Assembly: GCF_000014785.1 (NCBI RefSeq)
Contig: NC_008340.1
Coordinates: 1,350,001-1,382,000 of the forward strand
Direction of reading: 5' to 3'
DNA from: Alkalilimnicola ehrlichii MLHE-1
Lineage (GTDB): Bacteria; Pseudomonadota; Gammaproteobacteria; Nitrococcales; Halorhodospiraceae
DNA: 32,000 nt
In this document: positions 17,140-25,172 of the stretch, one piece after another
Layout of the letters: each line of letters opens with the position of its first letter
Numbering within the stretch: position 1 is the first letter of the stretch
The notes under the pieces: model-generated
Told to the model about the DNA's origin: nothing
Databases searched by the model: none
Seen by the model: only the letters and a program-made list of their open reading frames with translations
Position numbers and translations under genes: made by a program

Positions 17140-18229
17140 TGTGGGGCGACAGGGGCACTTTCTCGGCCAGGGCGCAGGTGTTGCCCCCGGAGTGCTTGGC
17201 CAACTGCAGCGCCGCGTCGGCCGCGGCCATCAGATCGTCGCTGCTATCGGCGTGCTCCGGGTAGCCGGCCACGCCCATGGACACGGTCATCGCCGGCAGG
17301 TGCAGGCCGCGCAGGTGCACTCGGACCTTGGCCAGTTCCCGCCGCAGATCGTTGGCCCGTTCGATCGCATCACGGATGGCGGCCTCGGGCAGCACCAGAA
17401 GGAAGCGCTGGCCGGCGGCCCGGGCACAGATGTCCGAGCCGCGGAAGGAATGCTGCAGCAGGTCACTCATGGCCTGGAGCATGCGGTCACCGGCGTTCTG
17501 GCCATGCCGCTGGTTGTAGGCCTCGAAGCGATCCAGGTCAATCAGCACCACCGATAGCGGAAGCTGGTGGCGTTGGGCCCGATGCAGTTCGCGCTCCAGG
17601 GTGTCCTCCGCGTAACGGCGGTTGAACAGTCCGGTGAGCGGGTCACGGACGTTGCGATGGCGCAGGCGGTAGCGGAGGGTGTGGGTGGCCAGGGCCAGCC
17701 CGGCGGCCGAGGCCAGCATCTGCAGGGTCTGTTGTTCGCGTGCACGCAGCGCCCGGCCAGGGCTCAGGGGGCGGAGCTCCACGACCCCAAGGTAGAGGCC
17801 TTGGGCCTCGATGTTGAGTCGGTGTGCTGCCTGGTCCTCGGTGCACTCGTAATGAAGCGCATTGGGGTCGGTGAGCAGTTCGGCACCGCGCCAGGCGGCG
17901 ATCGCCCGGTTCGCGGGTTCTACGCCGGCCTGGTCGACAAAAATGGCCCCCGTGGTATCGGGCAGCAGCTCCGCCGCACAACGCGCCAGCAGTTGTGCGG
18001 CGTCGCCCTGGCTCAGGCTCTCGGTGAGACTGCCCAGCAGGGCGTGGAAGGCCTCGAGCACGTGGCCGAGCGCCGGGTCGGTGTCGGCAGCCCACCCTGC
18101 GCTGTCCCCGGTCAGCCCTTGGAGCTGGCGTTCCAGACTCGCCTGTTGGTCGTCCAGTTGCCGGACGAGCTGCCGCTGGGCCCTGAGGGCCTGGTTGATG
18201 GCCTCGAGCTTGCTCTGATCTGTCGTCAT
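17132..18229 (-). CDS. Coiled-coil + GAF-like + degenerate GGDEF domain protein. Predicted non-catalytic; the I-site is retained.
   Basis: 365 aa. GGDEF-domain entry RDPLTGLFNRRY and IDLDRFEAYNQRHGQNAGD. The active-site pentapeptide is AGQRF (nt 17402-17416) instead of GG(D/E)EF. RGSD (RxxD) sits five residues upstream. Confidence 0.85.
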   Translation of the reverse strand: MTTDQSKLEAINQALRAQRQLVRQLDDQQASLERQLQGLTGDSAGWAADTDPALGHVLEAFHALLGSLTESLSQGDAAQLLARCAAELLPDTTGAIFVDQAGVEPANRAIAAWRGAELLTDPNALHYECTEDQAAHRLNIEAQGLYLGVVELRPLSPGRALRAREQQTLQMLASAAGLALATHTLRYRLRHRNVRDPLTGLFNRRYAEDTLERELHRAQRHQLPLSVVLIDLDRFEAYNQRHGQNAGDRMLQAMSDLLQHSFRGSDICARAAGQRFLLVLPEAAIRDAIERANDLRRELAKVRVHLRGLHLPAMTVSMGVAGYPEHADSSDDLMAAADAALQLAKHSGGNTCALAEKVPLSPHNE

Positions 18230-18531
18230 GGCTTGTGGCTGTCCTGGTCCCGGGGCGGGCGGCCCGGGGCGTTTGCAGTCGGGTCAACGCCCGGCGGTGC
18301 CTTGCCACCGAGCAGCCGTACCAGCCGGGCACCGGTCTCCGGGTGGCGGCGGGCGAGCCGCGCGAGCACGAGTAGGGGTGAGCCGATGGCGAATACGGCA
18401 AGCAGTATGAAGCCGATCAGTTTAAGCCATGGAGGGAACAGTGGCCATAACCAGGTCACCAGTGCGTAGAGCAGGGCTATATACGCCACGGTGAACAGGG
18501 CGGCCAGAATGAGGGCGGGCAATGTGCGCAT
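18226..18531 (-). CDS. Small two-helix membrane protein, first gene of the RLP operon
   Basis: Start at ATG (complement of 18529-18531) inside the over-long ORF 18226..18885. [29 protein letters not shown]...[19 protein letters not shown]. Its stop overlaps the GGDEF start (ATGA). Confidence 0.55.
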   Translation of the reverse strand: MRTLPALILAALFTVAYIALLYALVTWLWPLFPPWLKLIGFILLAVFAIGSPLLVLARLARRHPETGARLVRLLGGKAPPGVDPTANAPGRPPRDQDSHKP

Positions 18532-18655
18532 GACGGCTCCGCGGGCTGTCGGGACCCGGTCGGCTGCGACCCGGGGGTCGGGCCGGGTTTCGTTCCGGGT
18601 TTCCTTACGGTGCATAATAGGCAGATTGGATGATAACAACAGCGAGGAGACCCGA

Positions 18656-19141
18656 ATGAGTGTTCCGACGACCGACCTCTGCGATGATTTCGCCGACGAG
18701 CTGCGGGTGATGAACCCGATGTTTCGGGATTTTGGCGGACGGGTGCGCTTCCACGGTCCGGTGACCACCGTGAAACTGTTCGAGGATAACTCGGCGGTGC
18801 GGGAGGCGTTGAGCGAGCCCGGCGAGGGGCGGGTGCTGGTGGTCGACGGCGGAGGCTCCATGCGGTGTGCCCTGTTGGGCGACAACCTGGCGGCCCTGGG
18901 GCAGAAGAACGGCTGGGCCGGGGTAGTGGTCTATGGGTGCGTGCGCGACAGCGCGGAGCTGGCCACGATCGATCTGGGTGTGAAGGCGCTCAACGTGCAC
19001 CCGCTGAAGAGTGTCAAAAAGGGCATCGGCGAGCGCGATGTCACCGTCACCTTCGCCGGGATCACGATTCAGGCCGGCGACTGGCTGTACGCCGACGAGG
19101 ACGGCATTGTCGTGGCCCGCAACAGCCTGGTGCAGGCCTGA
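18656..19141 (+). CDS. rraA: RraA family protein (RNase E regulator / HMG-aldolase fold)
   Basis: Start at ATG 18656 after [18 protein letters not shown]...[22 protein letters not shown]...[13 protein letters not shown] matches the RraA signature. Confidence 0.88.
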   Translation: MSVPTTDLCDDFADELRVMNPMFRDFGGRVRFHGPVTTVKLFEDNSAVREALSEPGEGRVLVVDGGGSMRCALLGDNLAALGQKNGWAGVVVYGCVRDSAELATIDLGVKALNVHPLKSVKKGIGERDVTVTFAGITIQAGDWLYADEDGIVVARNSLVQA

Positions 19142-19165
19142 GCGGCGCCGCCGGAGACGCCTGTC

Positions 19166-19576
19166 ATGGGTCACCGGGACGACCAACCGACAGCAAAGGT
19201 CCGGCTCGACCGCTGGCTGTGGGCGGCGCGTTTTTTCAAGACGCGCCGTCTGGCCGTCGAGGCGATCAAGGGCGGCAAGGTCGAGGTGGATGGCGTGAAC
19301 GCCAAGCCGGCACGGGAGGTCGGTGCCGGTAACCGGGTGCGGGTGCGCAAGGGCGCGATCACCTTCGAGGTGGTGGTCCGCGATGTCGCCAACCAGCGCG
19401 GTCCGGCAAAGGTAGCGCAGCAGCTCTACGAGGAGACGCCGGAGAGTGTGGCCGCGCGGGAGAAGGTGCGGGAGCAGCAGCGCATGAACGCGGCCTTCGT
19501 GCCCCGCCCGGACCATCGCCCGGACAAGCGCAGCCGCCGGCAGCTGGCCCGGGTGAAGCGGGGCGGCGGGGAGTAG
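19166..19576 (+). CDS. hslR: Heat-shock protein 15, S4-domain ribosome-associated protein
   Basis: 136 aa. VRLDRWLWAARFFKTRRLAVEAIKGGKVEVDG S4 signature. Basic C-terminal tail. Confidence 0.85.
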   Translation: MGHRDDQPTAKVRLDRWLWAARFFKTRRLAVEAIKGGKVEVDGVNAKPAREVGAGNRVRVRKGAITFEVVVRDVANQRGPAKVAQQLYEETPESVAAREKVREQQRMNAAFVPRPDHRPDKRSRRQLARVKRGGGE

Positions 19577-19668
19577 GCCGCGCTCGGGGGGCGGAGGTGT
19601 GTCCCCGCGCCAGGCCTGCTAGAATGCGCGGCCCGCCTGTTCGCAAGCCATTCACGGTCCGAGTACGT

Positions 19669-19980
19669 ATGTCCGATCAGCTCCCACCCGATAGCAGTCT
19701 CTACGATATTGCCGCCGCCAACGTGGTGGATATGGGCAACCGGCTGATGGAACAGCATGAGGATGCCGATGCCTGGGAAGCGGCCTCGGGGATGCTGGCC
19801 GGGGCGATCCACTATTGGCTGTACGCCCGCCAGCCGTGCGGCGATCCGACCTGCGCCGATTGTGCCGATATGAGTTCGGCGGAGGAGCGACTGCGCCACC
19901 TGCTTGACGAGGTGCGCGAGTCAGCCCGCGGGAGCGATTACTACCACTCGCCGCACGACCACAACGTGGGCAACGCCTGA
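19669..19980 (+). CDS. Small acidic protein, possibly DUF3144-like
   Basis: Start at ATG 19669, in frame in ORF 19597..19980. MSDQLPPDSSLYDIAAANVVDMGNRLMEQHED...GMLAGAIHYWLYARQ. The family call is tentative. Confidence 0.6.
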   Translation: MSDQLPPDSSLYDIAAANVVDMGNRLMEQHEDADAWEAASGMLAGAIHYWLYARQPCGDPTCADCADMSSAEERLRHLLDEVRESARGSDYYHSPHDHNVGNA

Positions 19981-19989
19981 CCACCGCCC

Positions 19990-20608
19990 CCGCCATTGCG
20001 AGGGTCCGCCCCCGCCATTGCGAGGGTCGAAGGCTTTCCCCCGTCATCGCGAGGGCCAAAGGCCCCCTCCCCGTCATCGCGAGGGCCGGAGGCCCGTGGC
20101 GATCCAGAGGGGTAGACTGCCGCGTCGCTTCGCTCCTCGCAGTGACGGGGTGGCCCCTCTCCCCGTCATCGCGAGGGCCGGAGGCCCGTGGCGATCCAGG
20201 GCGGTAGACTGCCGCGTCGCTTCGCTCCTCGCAGTGACGGGGTGGCCCCTCCCCGTCACTGCGAGGGCCGGAGGCCCGTGGCGATCCAGAGGGGTAGACT
20301 GCCGCGTCGGCTTCGCCTCCTCGCAGTGACGGGGTGGCCCCTCTCCCCGTCATCGCGAGGGCCGGAGGCCCGTGGCGATCCAGAGGGGTAGACTGCCGCG
20401 TCGGCTTCGCCTCCTCGCAGTGACGGGGTGCCCCCTCCCCGTCATCGCGAGGGCCGAAGGCCCGTGGCGATCCAGGGCGGTAGACTGCCGCGTCGGCTTC
20501 GCCTCCTCGCAGTGACGGGGTGGCCCCTCCCCGTCATCGCGAGGGCCGGAGGCCCGTGGCGATCCAGAGGGGTAGACTGCCGCGTCGCTTCGCTCCTCGC
20601 AGTGACGG
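19990..20608. repeat. Tandem array of a ~92-bp palindromic (REP/MITE-like) unit: three solo left arms followed by six full copies
   Basis: Full units start at 20071, 20163, 20253, 20347, 20439 and 20531 (periods 92, 90, 94, 92, 92). Each has arms CCGTCATCGCGAGG ... CCTCGCAGTGACGG, which pair at 13 of 15 positions when each arm is extended by one flanking base. Solo arms lie at 19990, 20012 and 20041. There is no unique spacer between units. Confidence 0.92.
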
Positions 20609-20676
20609 TGGGGGTGGGTCCGCGCTTGCAGCGGCGGGGTGACGGGGCGTCGTTGCCGTCGTCGCAGCCCAGGGCG

Positions 20677-23600
20677 TCAGTGGAAATCCCGCGAACGGAC
20701 GTCCAACGCCCCGAGCCAGTCGCTCCAGTCCTCCAGCCGTCCGGCCACCAGGTGGGTGACCGCCCCCTTGCGCTCCCAGATGCCGCTGACCATCAGCAGC
20801 CGGGCCGCCAGCAGGGTGCGGCGCTGGGCCTCGGCGGTGGCCTTCCAGACCACCAGGTTGATCTGCCCGGTCTCGTCCTCCAGTGTCAGGAAGGTGACGC
20901 CGCCGGCAGAGCCGGGGCGTTGGCGGTTGATGACCAACCCGGCGGTGCGGACCAGGCGGCCGTGGCCGGTGCTGGCCAGATCGGCAGCGGTCAGCAGCCG
21001 GCGGCGTCGCAACTGCGGGCGGAGCAGGGCCAGGGGGTGGCGGCCCAGGGTGAAGCCCAGGCTGGTGTAGTCGGCCACCAGGTCCTCGCCCTCGGCGGGG
21101 GCGTCCAGCGCCGGCGCCGCCTCCTCGATGTGCAGATCCTCAAACACCGGCAGGCCGGCTTCGGCGCCCAGCACCTGCCACCAGGCCGCGCGGCGGTGAC
21201 CGGCCAGGCCGCGCAGGGCGCCGGCGTGGGCCAGGGTCTCCAGATCCCGGCGGTGCAGGGCGGCGCGGCGGGCCATCTCCTGCACGTCGCGGAAGGGGCG
21301 CCGGCCGCGGGCGGCGATCAGCCGGTCCGCCGCCCGGCGGTTGAGGCCCCGCACCAGGCGCAGGCCCAGGCGCAGGGCCGGTTCGCCGTCGCCGCGGTGC
21401 TCCGGGCTGCAGTCCCAGTCGCTGTGGCGCACGTCCACCGGGCGGATCTCCACCCCGTGGCGTTCGGCGTCCCGCAGTAACTGGGCCGGGGCGTAGAAGC
21501 CCATGGGCTGGCTGTTGAGCAGCGCGCAGGTGAAGAGGGCCGGCTCATGGCACTTGAGCCAGGCGGAGACGTAGACCAGCAGGGCGAAGCTGGCGGCGTG
21601 GGACTCCGGGAAGCCGTACTCGCCGAAGCCCTGGATCTGCCGGAAGAGCCGCTCGGCGTAGTCCTCGCAGTAACCATTGCGGCGCATGCCCTTGAGCAGC
21701 TTGTCCCGGAAGGGGCCCAGCCCGCCCTTGCGCTTCCAGGCGGCCATGGCCCGGCGCAGGGCGTCCGCCTCGCCGGGGGTGAAGCCCGCCGCCACCACCG
21801 CCAACTGCATTACCTGTTCCTGGAAGATGGGCACGCCCAGGGTGCGCGCCAGCACCCCGCGCACGGCTTCGCTGGGGTAATCCACCGGCTCCAGGCCCTC
21901 CCGGCGGCGCAGATAGGGGTGGACCATGTCCCCCTGGATGGGGCCGGGACGGACGATGGCCACCTCGATCACCAGGTCGTAGAAGGTCTGCGGCCGCAGC
22001 CGGGGCAGCATGGCCATCTGGGCGCGGGACTCGATCTGGAACACGCCCATGGTGTCGGCGTCGCTGATCATGCGGTAGACCGCCGGGTCCTCCGCCGGCA
22101 CGTCGGCCAGGGTAAGCCGGCGACCGCGGAACCCGGCCAGCAGGTCGAAGGCGCGGCGGATGCAACTGAGCATGCCCAGGGCCAGCACGTCCACCTTGAG
22201 CAGGCCCAGGGCCTCCAGGTCGTCCTTGTCCCACTGGATGATGGTGCGCCCGGCCATGGCGGCGTTCTCGGTGGGTACCAGCTCGCTGATGGGGCCCTCC
22301 GAGATCACGAACCCCCCCACGTGCTGGGAGAGGTGGCGGGGCAGACCCAGCAGTTGCCCGGCGATGGCCACGGTGCGGGCCAGGCGCGGGTCGTCCGGGT
22401 TCAGGCCGGCCTCGCGCAGCCGCTCCGGGTCCACCCGCTTGCCGTCCCACCACTGGATGCTTCCGGCCAGCCGGTCGATGGTCGCGGCGTCCAGCCCCAG
22501 GGCGCGGCCGGCGTCGCGCAGGGCGCTGCGCGGGCGGTAGCGGATTACCGTGGCGGCCAGGGCGGCGCGGTGGCGGCCGTACTTGCGGTAGATGTACTGG
22601 ATGACCTCCTCACGCCGTTCGTGCTCGAAGTCCACGTCGATGTCCGGCGGCTCACCCCGCTCCTTGGAGATGAAGCGCTCGAAGAGCAGCGACTGGCGGG
22701 CCGGGTCCACCGCGGTGATCCCCAGGCAGAAACAGACCGCCGAGTTGGCCGAGGAGCCCCGGCCCTGGCAGAGGATGCCCCGGCGCCGGGCGAAGGCGAC
22801 CACATCGTGCACGGTGAGAAAGAAGGGTTCGTAACCCATCTCGGCAATCAGGGCCAGTTCGTGGTCCACCTGGTGGGCGACCTTGTCGGGCATGCCTTGG
22901 GGCCAGTGGCGGCGGGCGCCCTCCAGGGTGAGCCGGCGCAGATAGCTGGCGGGGGTCTCGCCGGCGGGCACCAGCTCGGCCGGGTATTCGTAGCGCAGTT
23001 TATCCAGGCTGAAGCGGCACTGGTCCGCCAGGTGCACGCTGCGGCGCAGCAGCGCTGGGGGGTAGAGCCGGGCCAGGCTGTGCAGCGACCGCAGATGGCG
23101 CTCGCCGCTGCACTCCAGCGCCGTGCCCATCGCCGCCAGGGTGCGGCGGTGGCGCAGGGCGGAGAGGGTGTCCTGCAGGGCGCGTCGGCCGCGCCGGTGC
23201 ATCAGCACGCCGCCGGCGGCCACCGCCGGGAGCCGGAAGCGATCCGCCAGGGCCAGTAGCCGCTGCAGGCGGGCCTCGTCGTCGGGGCCGTGGTGCAGGG
23301 CCACTGCCACGTGGCCCCGATCGCCGAAATGGCGGGCGAACCATCGGCCCTGTTCGGCGTCGTGCGGTGCATCGTCAGGCACCCACAGGGCCAGGCAGTG
23401 GGGCAGGGTGCCCTCCAACTGCTCCCGTTCCAGACGGTAGTCCCCCTTGCGGGCCTGACTGCGGCCCAGGCTGATAAGCGCGCAGAGTTCCGCCCAGGCC
23501 CGGCGGCAGGGGGCGAGCAAGACCAGCAGCGGGCCCTGGTGAATGCGGATCTCGCTGCCGTGGATCAGGTGCAGGTCCGTCTCTTTGGCCGCCTGGTGGG

Positions 23601-23754
23601 CGCGCACCGCCCCGGCCACCGAGCACGCGTCGGTGAGGGCCAGGGCGCGGTAGCCCAACTCGGCGGCCCGCTGCACCAGTTCCGCCGGCTGAGAGGCACC
23701 GCGCAGGAAGCTGAAGCAGGACAGGCAGTGGAGTTCGGCGTAGTCGATGGGCAT
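20677..23754 (-). CDS. dnaE2: Error-prone DNA polymerase III alpha-like subunit DnaE2 (ImuC)
   Basis: Start at ATG (complement of 23752-23754). MPIDYAELHCLSCFSFLRGASQPAELV PHP-domain start is typical of DnaE2. 1025 aa. A LexA box lies 13 nt upstream. Confidence 0.92.
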   Translation of the reverse strand: MPIDYAELHCLSCFSFLRGASQPAELVQRAAELGYRALALTDACSVAGAVRAHQAAKETDLHLIHGSEIRIHQGPLLVLLAPCRRAWAELCALISLGRSQARKGDYRLEREQLEGTLPHCLALWVPDDAPHDAEQGRWFARHFGDRGHVAVALHHGPDDEARLQRLLALADRFRLPAVAAGGVLMHRRGRRALQDTLSALRHRRTLAAMGTALECSGERHLRSLHSLARLYPPALLRRSVHLADQCRFSLDKLRYEYPAELVPAGETPASYLRRLTLEGARRHWPQGMPDKVAHQVDHELALIAEMGYEPFFLTVHDVVAFARRRGILCQGRGSSANSAVCFCLGITAVDPARQSLLFERFISKERGEPPDIDVDFEHERREEVIQYIYRKYGRHRAALAATVIRYRPRSALRDAGRALGLDAATIDRLAGSIQWWDGKRVDPERLREAGLNPDDPRLARTVAIAGQLLGLPRHLSQHVGGFVISEGPISELVPTENAAMAGRTIIQWDKDDLEALGLLKVDVLALGMLSCIRRAFDLLAGFRGRRLTLADVPAEDPAVYRMISDADTMGVFQIESRAQMAMLPRLRPQTFYDLVIEVAIVRPGPIQGDMVHPYLRRREGLEPVDYPSEAVRGVLARTLGVPIFQEQVMQLAVVAAGFTPGEADALRRAMAAWKRKGGLGPFRDKLLKGMRRNGYCEDYAERLFRQIQGFGEYGFPESHAASFALLVYVSAWLKCHEPALFTCALLNSQPMGFYAPAQLLRDAERHGVEIRPVDVRHSDWDCSPEHRGDGEPALRLGLRLVRGLNRRAADRLIAARGRRPFRDVQEMARRAALHRRDLETLAHAGALRGLAGHRRAAWWQVLGAEAGLPVFEDLHIEEAAPALDAPAEGEDLVADYTSLGFTLGRHPLALLRPQLRRRRLLTAADLASTGHGRLVRTAGLVINRQRPGSAGGVTFLTLEDETGQINLVVWKATAEAQRRTLLAARLLMVSGIWERKGAVTHLVAGRLEDWSDWLGALDVRSRDFH

Positions 23755-23767
23755 GCGGGGTCTGGAG

Positions 23768-23783
23768 CTGTATAAATATACAG
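23768..23783 (-). promoter_or_regulatory. LexA (SOS) operator
   Basis: CTGTATAAATATACAG matches the gammaproteobacterial CTGT-N8-ACAG box perfectly and has an AT-only spacer. It sits directly upstream of dnaE2. Confidence 0.85.
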
Positions 23784-23848
23784 TTATTGTCGCCCTCCCG
23801 GCACCGGCCGGCAACCCTGCCGGGCGGGCGGCGAATCCTGGGGGCCGG

Positions 23849-25087
23849 TTAGCGCGGGGTGCTTGGGGGTGTCGGGGCGTCCAGGCCCTGCGGCGTCGCC
23901 TGCATGGCCGCCTGTCTCTGTACCGCCCTGGGTGCGCCATTGGCCAGCAGCACCGCGCCCAGTGAGCAGACCGCCATGATCAGCACAATGGGCAGGAGAG
24001 CCTCACCGGCCAGGCGGGTGGAGAGGGCGCTGACGGCACCCGCCACCGTGAATTGGGTGGCGCCCAGCAAGGCGGCGGCGGTGCCACCCAGGTTGGGGAA
24101 GTAGTCCAGGGCCCCCGCCAGGCTGTTGGGGACGATGGCGCCCATGCAACCGGTGACCGCCATCAGACAGGCCACCACGGCCCAGGAGGGCGCATCCAGC
24201 AGCACCAGCAGGATAAGCAGGGCGATGGCGAGGTGCTGCGTCGCGACCGCGGTGCGCAGGATGTGCACCGAGGGAAAGCGCAGGAGCAGGCGGCGGTTGA
24301 CCAGGTTCAGCACGGCCATGGCCGCCACATTGGCAGCGAACAACGCCGCGAAGGCGCTGCTGGAGAACCCGAACCACCCCTGGTAGATGAACGAGGCGTG
24401 GGTAATGAACACCAACATGGCACTGAAGGCCAGGGTCTGCAGGGCAATGAAGCGCATGGCCACCCGGTGCCGCAGTACCAGCAGGTAGTTGGTGACCAGC
24501 GATTGGACCGGCGTGCGCGCGGGGACGCGTACCGGGATGCGCCGGAACAACCGGTAATGCAGCAACACCCCGAGCAACAGCGCGTAGCCGCCAAGCGCGT
24601 AATAGATGGCGGGCCAGTTACTGACCGCCAGCAGGGCGCTGCCCAGGGCAGGGGCCGAGGCCGGGGCGATGAACATCACCAGGCCGATCAACCCGAACAG
24701 GCGGGCGGCCTCGTTGCCCCGGCACTGGTCGCGGACAATGGCCGGGACGGACACCGCGCAGAAGGCGCCGCCCACTCCCTGGACCACCCGCCACGCCAGC
24801 ATCTCGTTCAGGCTGTCCGCCTGCGCCACCATAAAGGCCGCGGCGGCGAAGACCGCCAGCCCCAGCAGCAGCACCCGCTGACGGCCGTAGCGGTCGGACA
24901 ACGGGCCGCCGATCAGTTGTGCCAGACCGAGGGCAAAGACATAGGCGCTCAGCGTCAGGCCCACATCCGCCTTGCTGACGCCCAGGTCGCCGGCGATGGC
25001 CGGGAAAGCGGGCAAATAGGCATCCAGGGCCAACGGCCCCAGGGCGACCGTCATGCCGAGCAGAATCGCGAGTTGATAATGGGGCAT
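23849..25087 (-). CDS. MFS transporter, Bcr/CflA drug-resistance subfamily
   Basis: 412 aa, 12 predicted helices. N-terminal signature LGPLALDAYLPAFPAIAGDLGVS...LIGGPLSDRYGRQRVLL. Confidence 0.88.
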   Translation of the reverse strand: MPHYQLAILLGMTVALGPLALDAYLPAFPAIAGDLGVSKADVGLTLSAYVFALGLAQLIGGPLSDRYGRQRVLLLGLAVFAAAAFMVAQADSLNEMLAWRVVQGVGGAFCAVSVPAIVRDQCRGNEAARLFGLIGLVMFIAPASAPALGSALLAVSNWPAIYYALGGYALLLGVLLHYRLFRRIPVRVPARTPVQSLVTNYLLVLRHRVAMRFIALQTLAFSAMLVFITHASFIYQGWFGFSSSAFAALFAANVAAMAVLNLVNRRLLLRFPSVHILRTAVATQHLAIALLILLVLLDAPSWAVVACLMAVTGCMGAIVPNSLAGALDYFPNLGGTAAALLGATQFTVAGAVSALSTRLAGEALLPIVLIMAVCSLGAVLLANGAPRAVQRQAAMQATPQGLDAPTPPSTPR

Positions 25088-25172
25088 TGACTCACCTGAT
25101 GAGCGCTAAAAGGCGCCTTGTGCGCTATTCCGTACGGGTGACTTGCCGGTCAGTCCGCCTTACACTGAACTT

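Noticed and set aside
19990-20608. Possible CRISPR array, given regularly spaced repeats with palindromic character
   Set aside because: The whole ~92-bp unit repeats head-to-tail, with no unique spacers between copies. The unit is far longer than a CRISPR repeat, and no cas genes or leader are present. It is a tandem palindromic-element array.
19652-21480. Long ORFs in the track crossing the repeat array (233 aa minus strand, 141 aa and 350 aa plus strand)
   Set aside because: Their peptides are periodic translations of the repeat unit (PRHREGRRPVAIQ..., ...SLLAVTG...). The 350-aa ORF then continues antisense to dnaE2. They have no start context and are artefacts.
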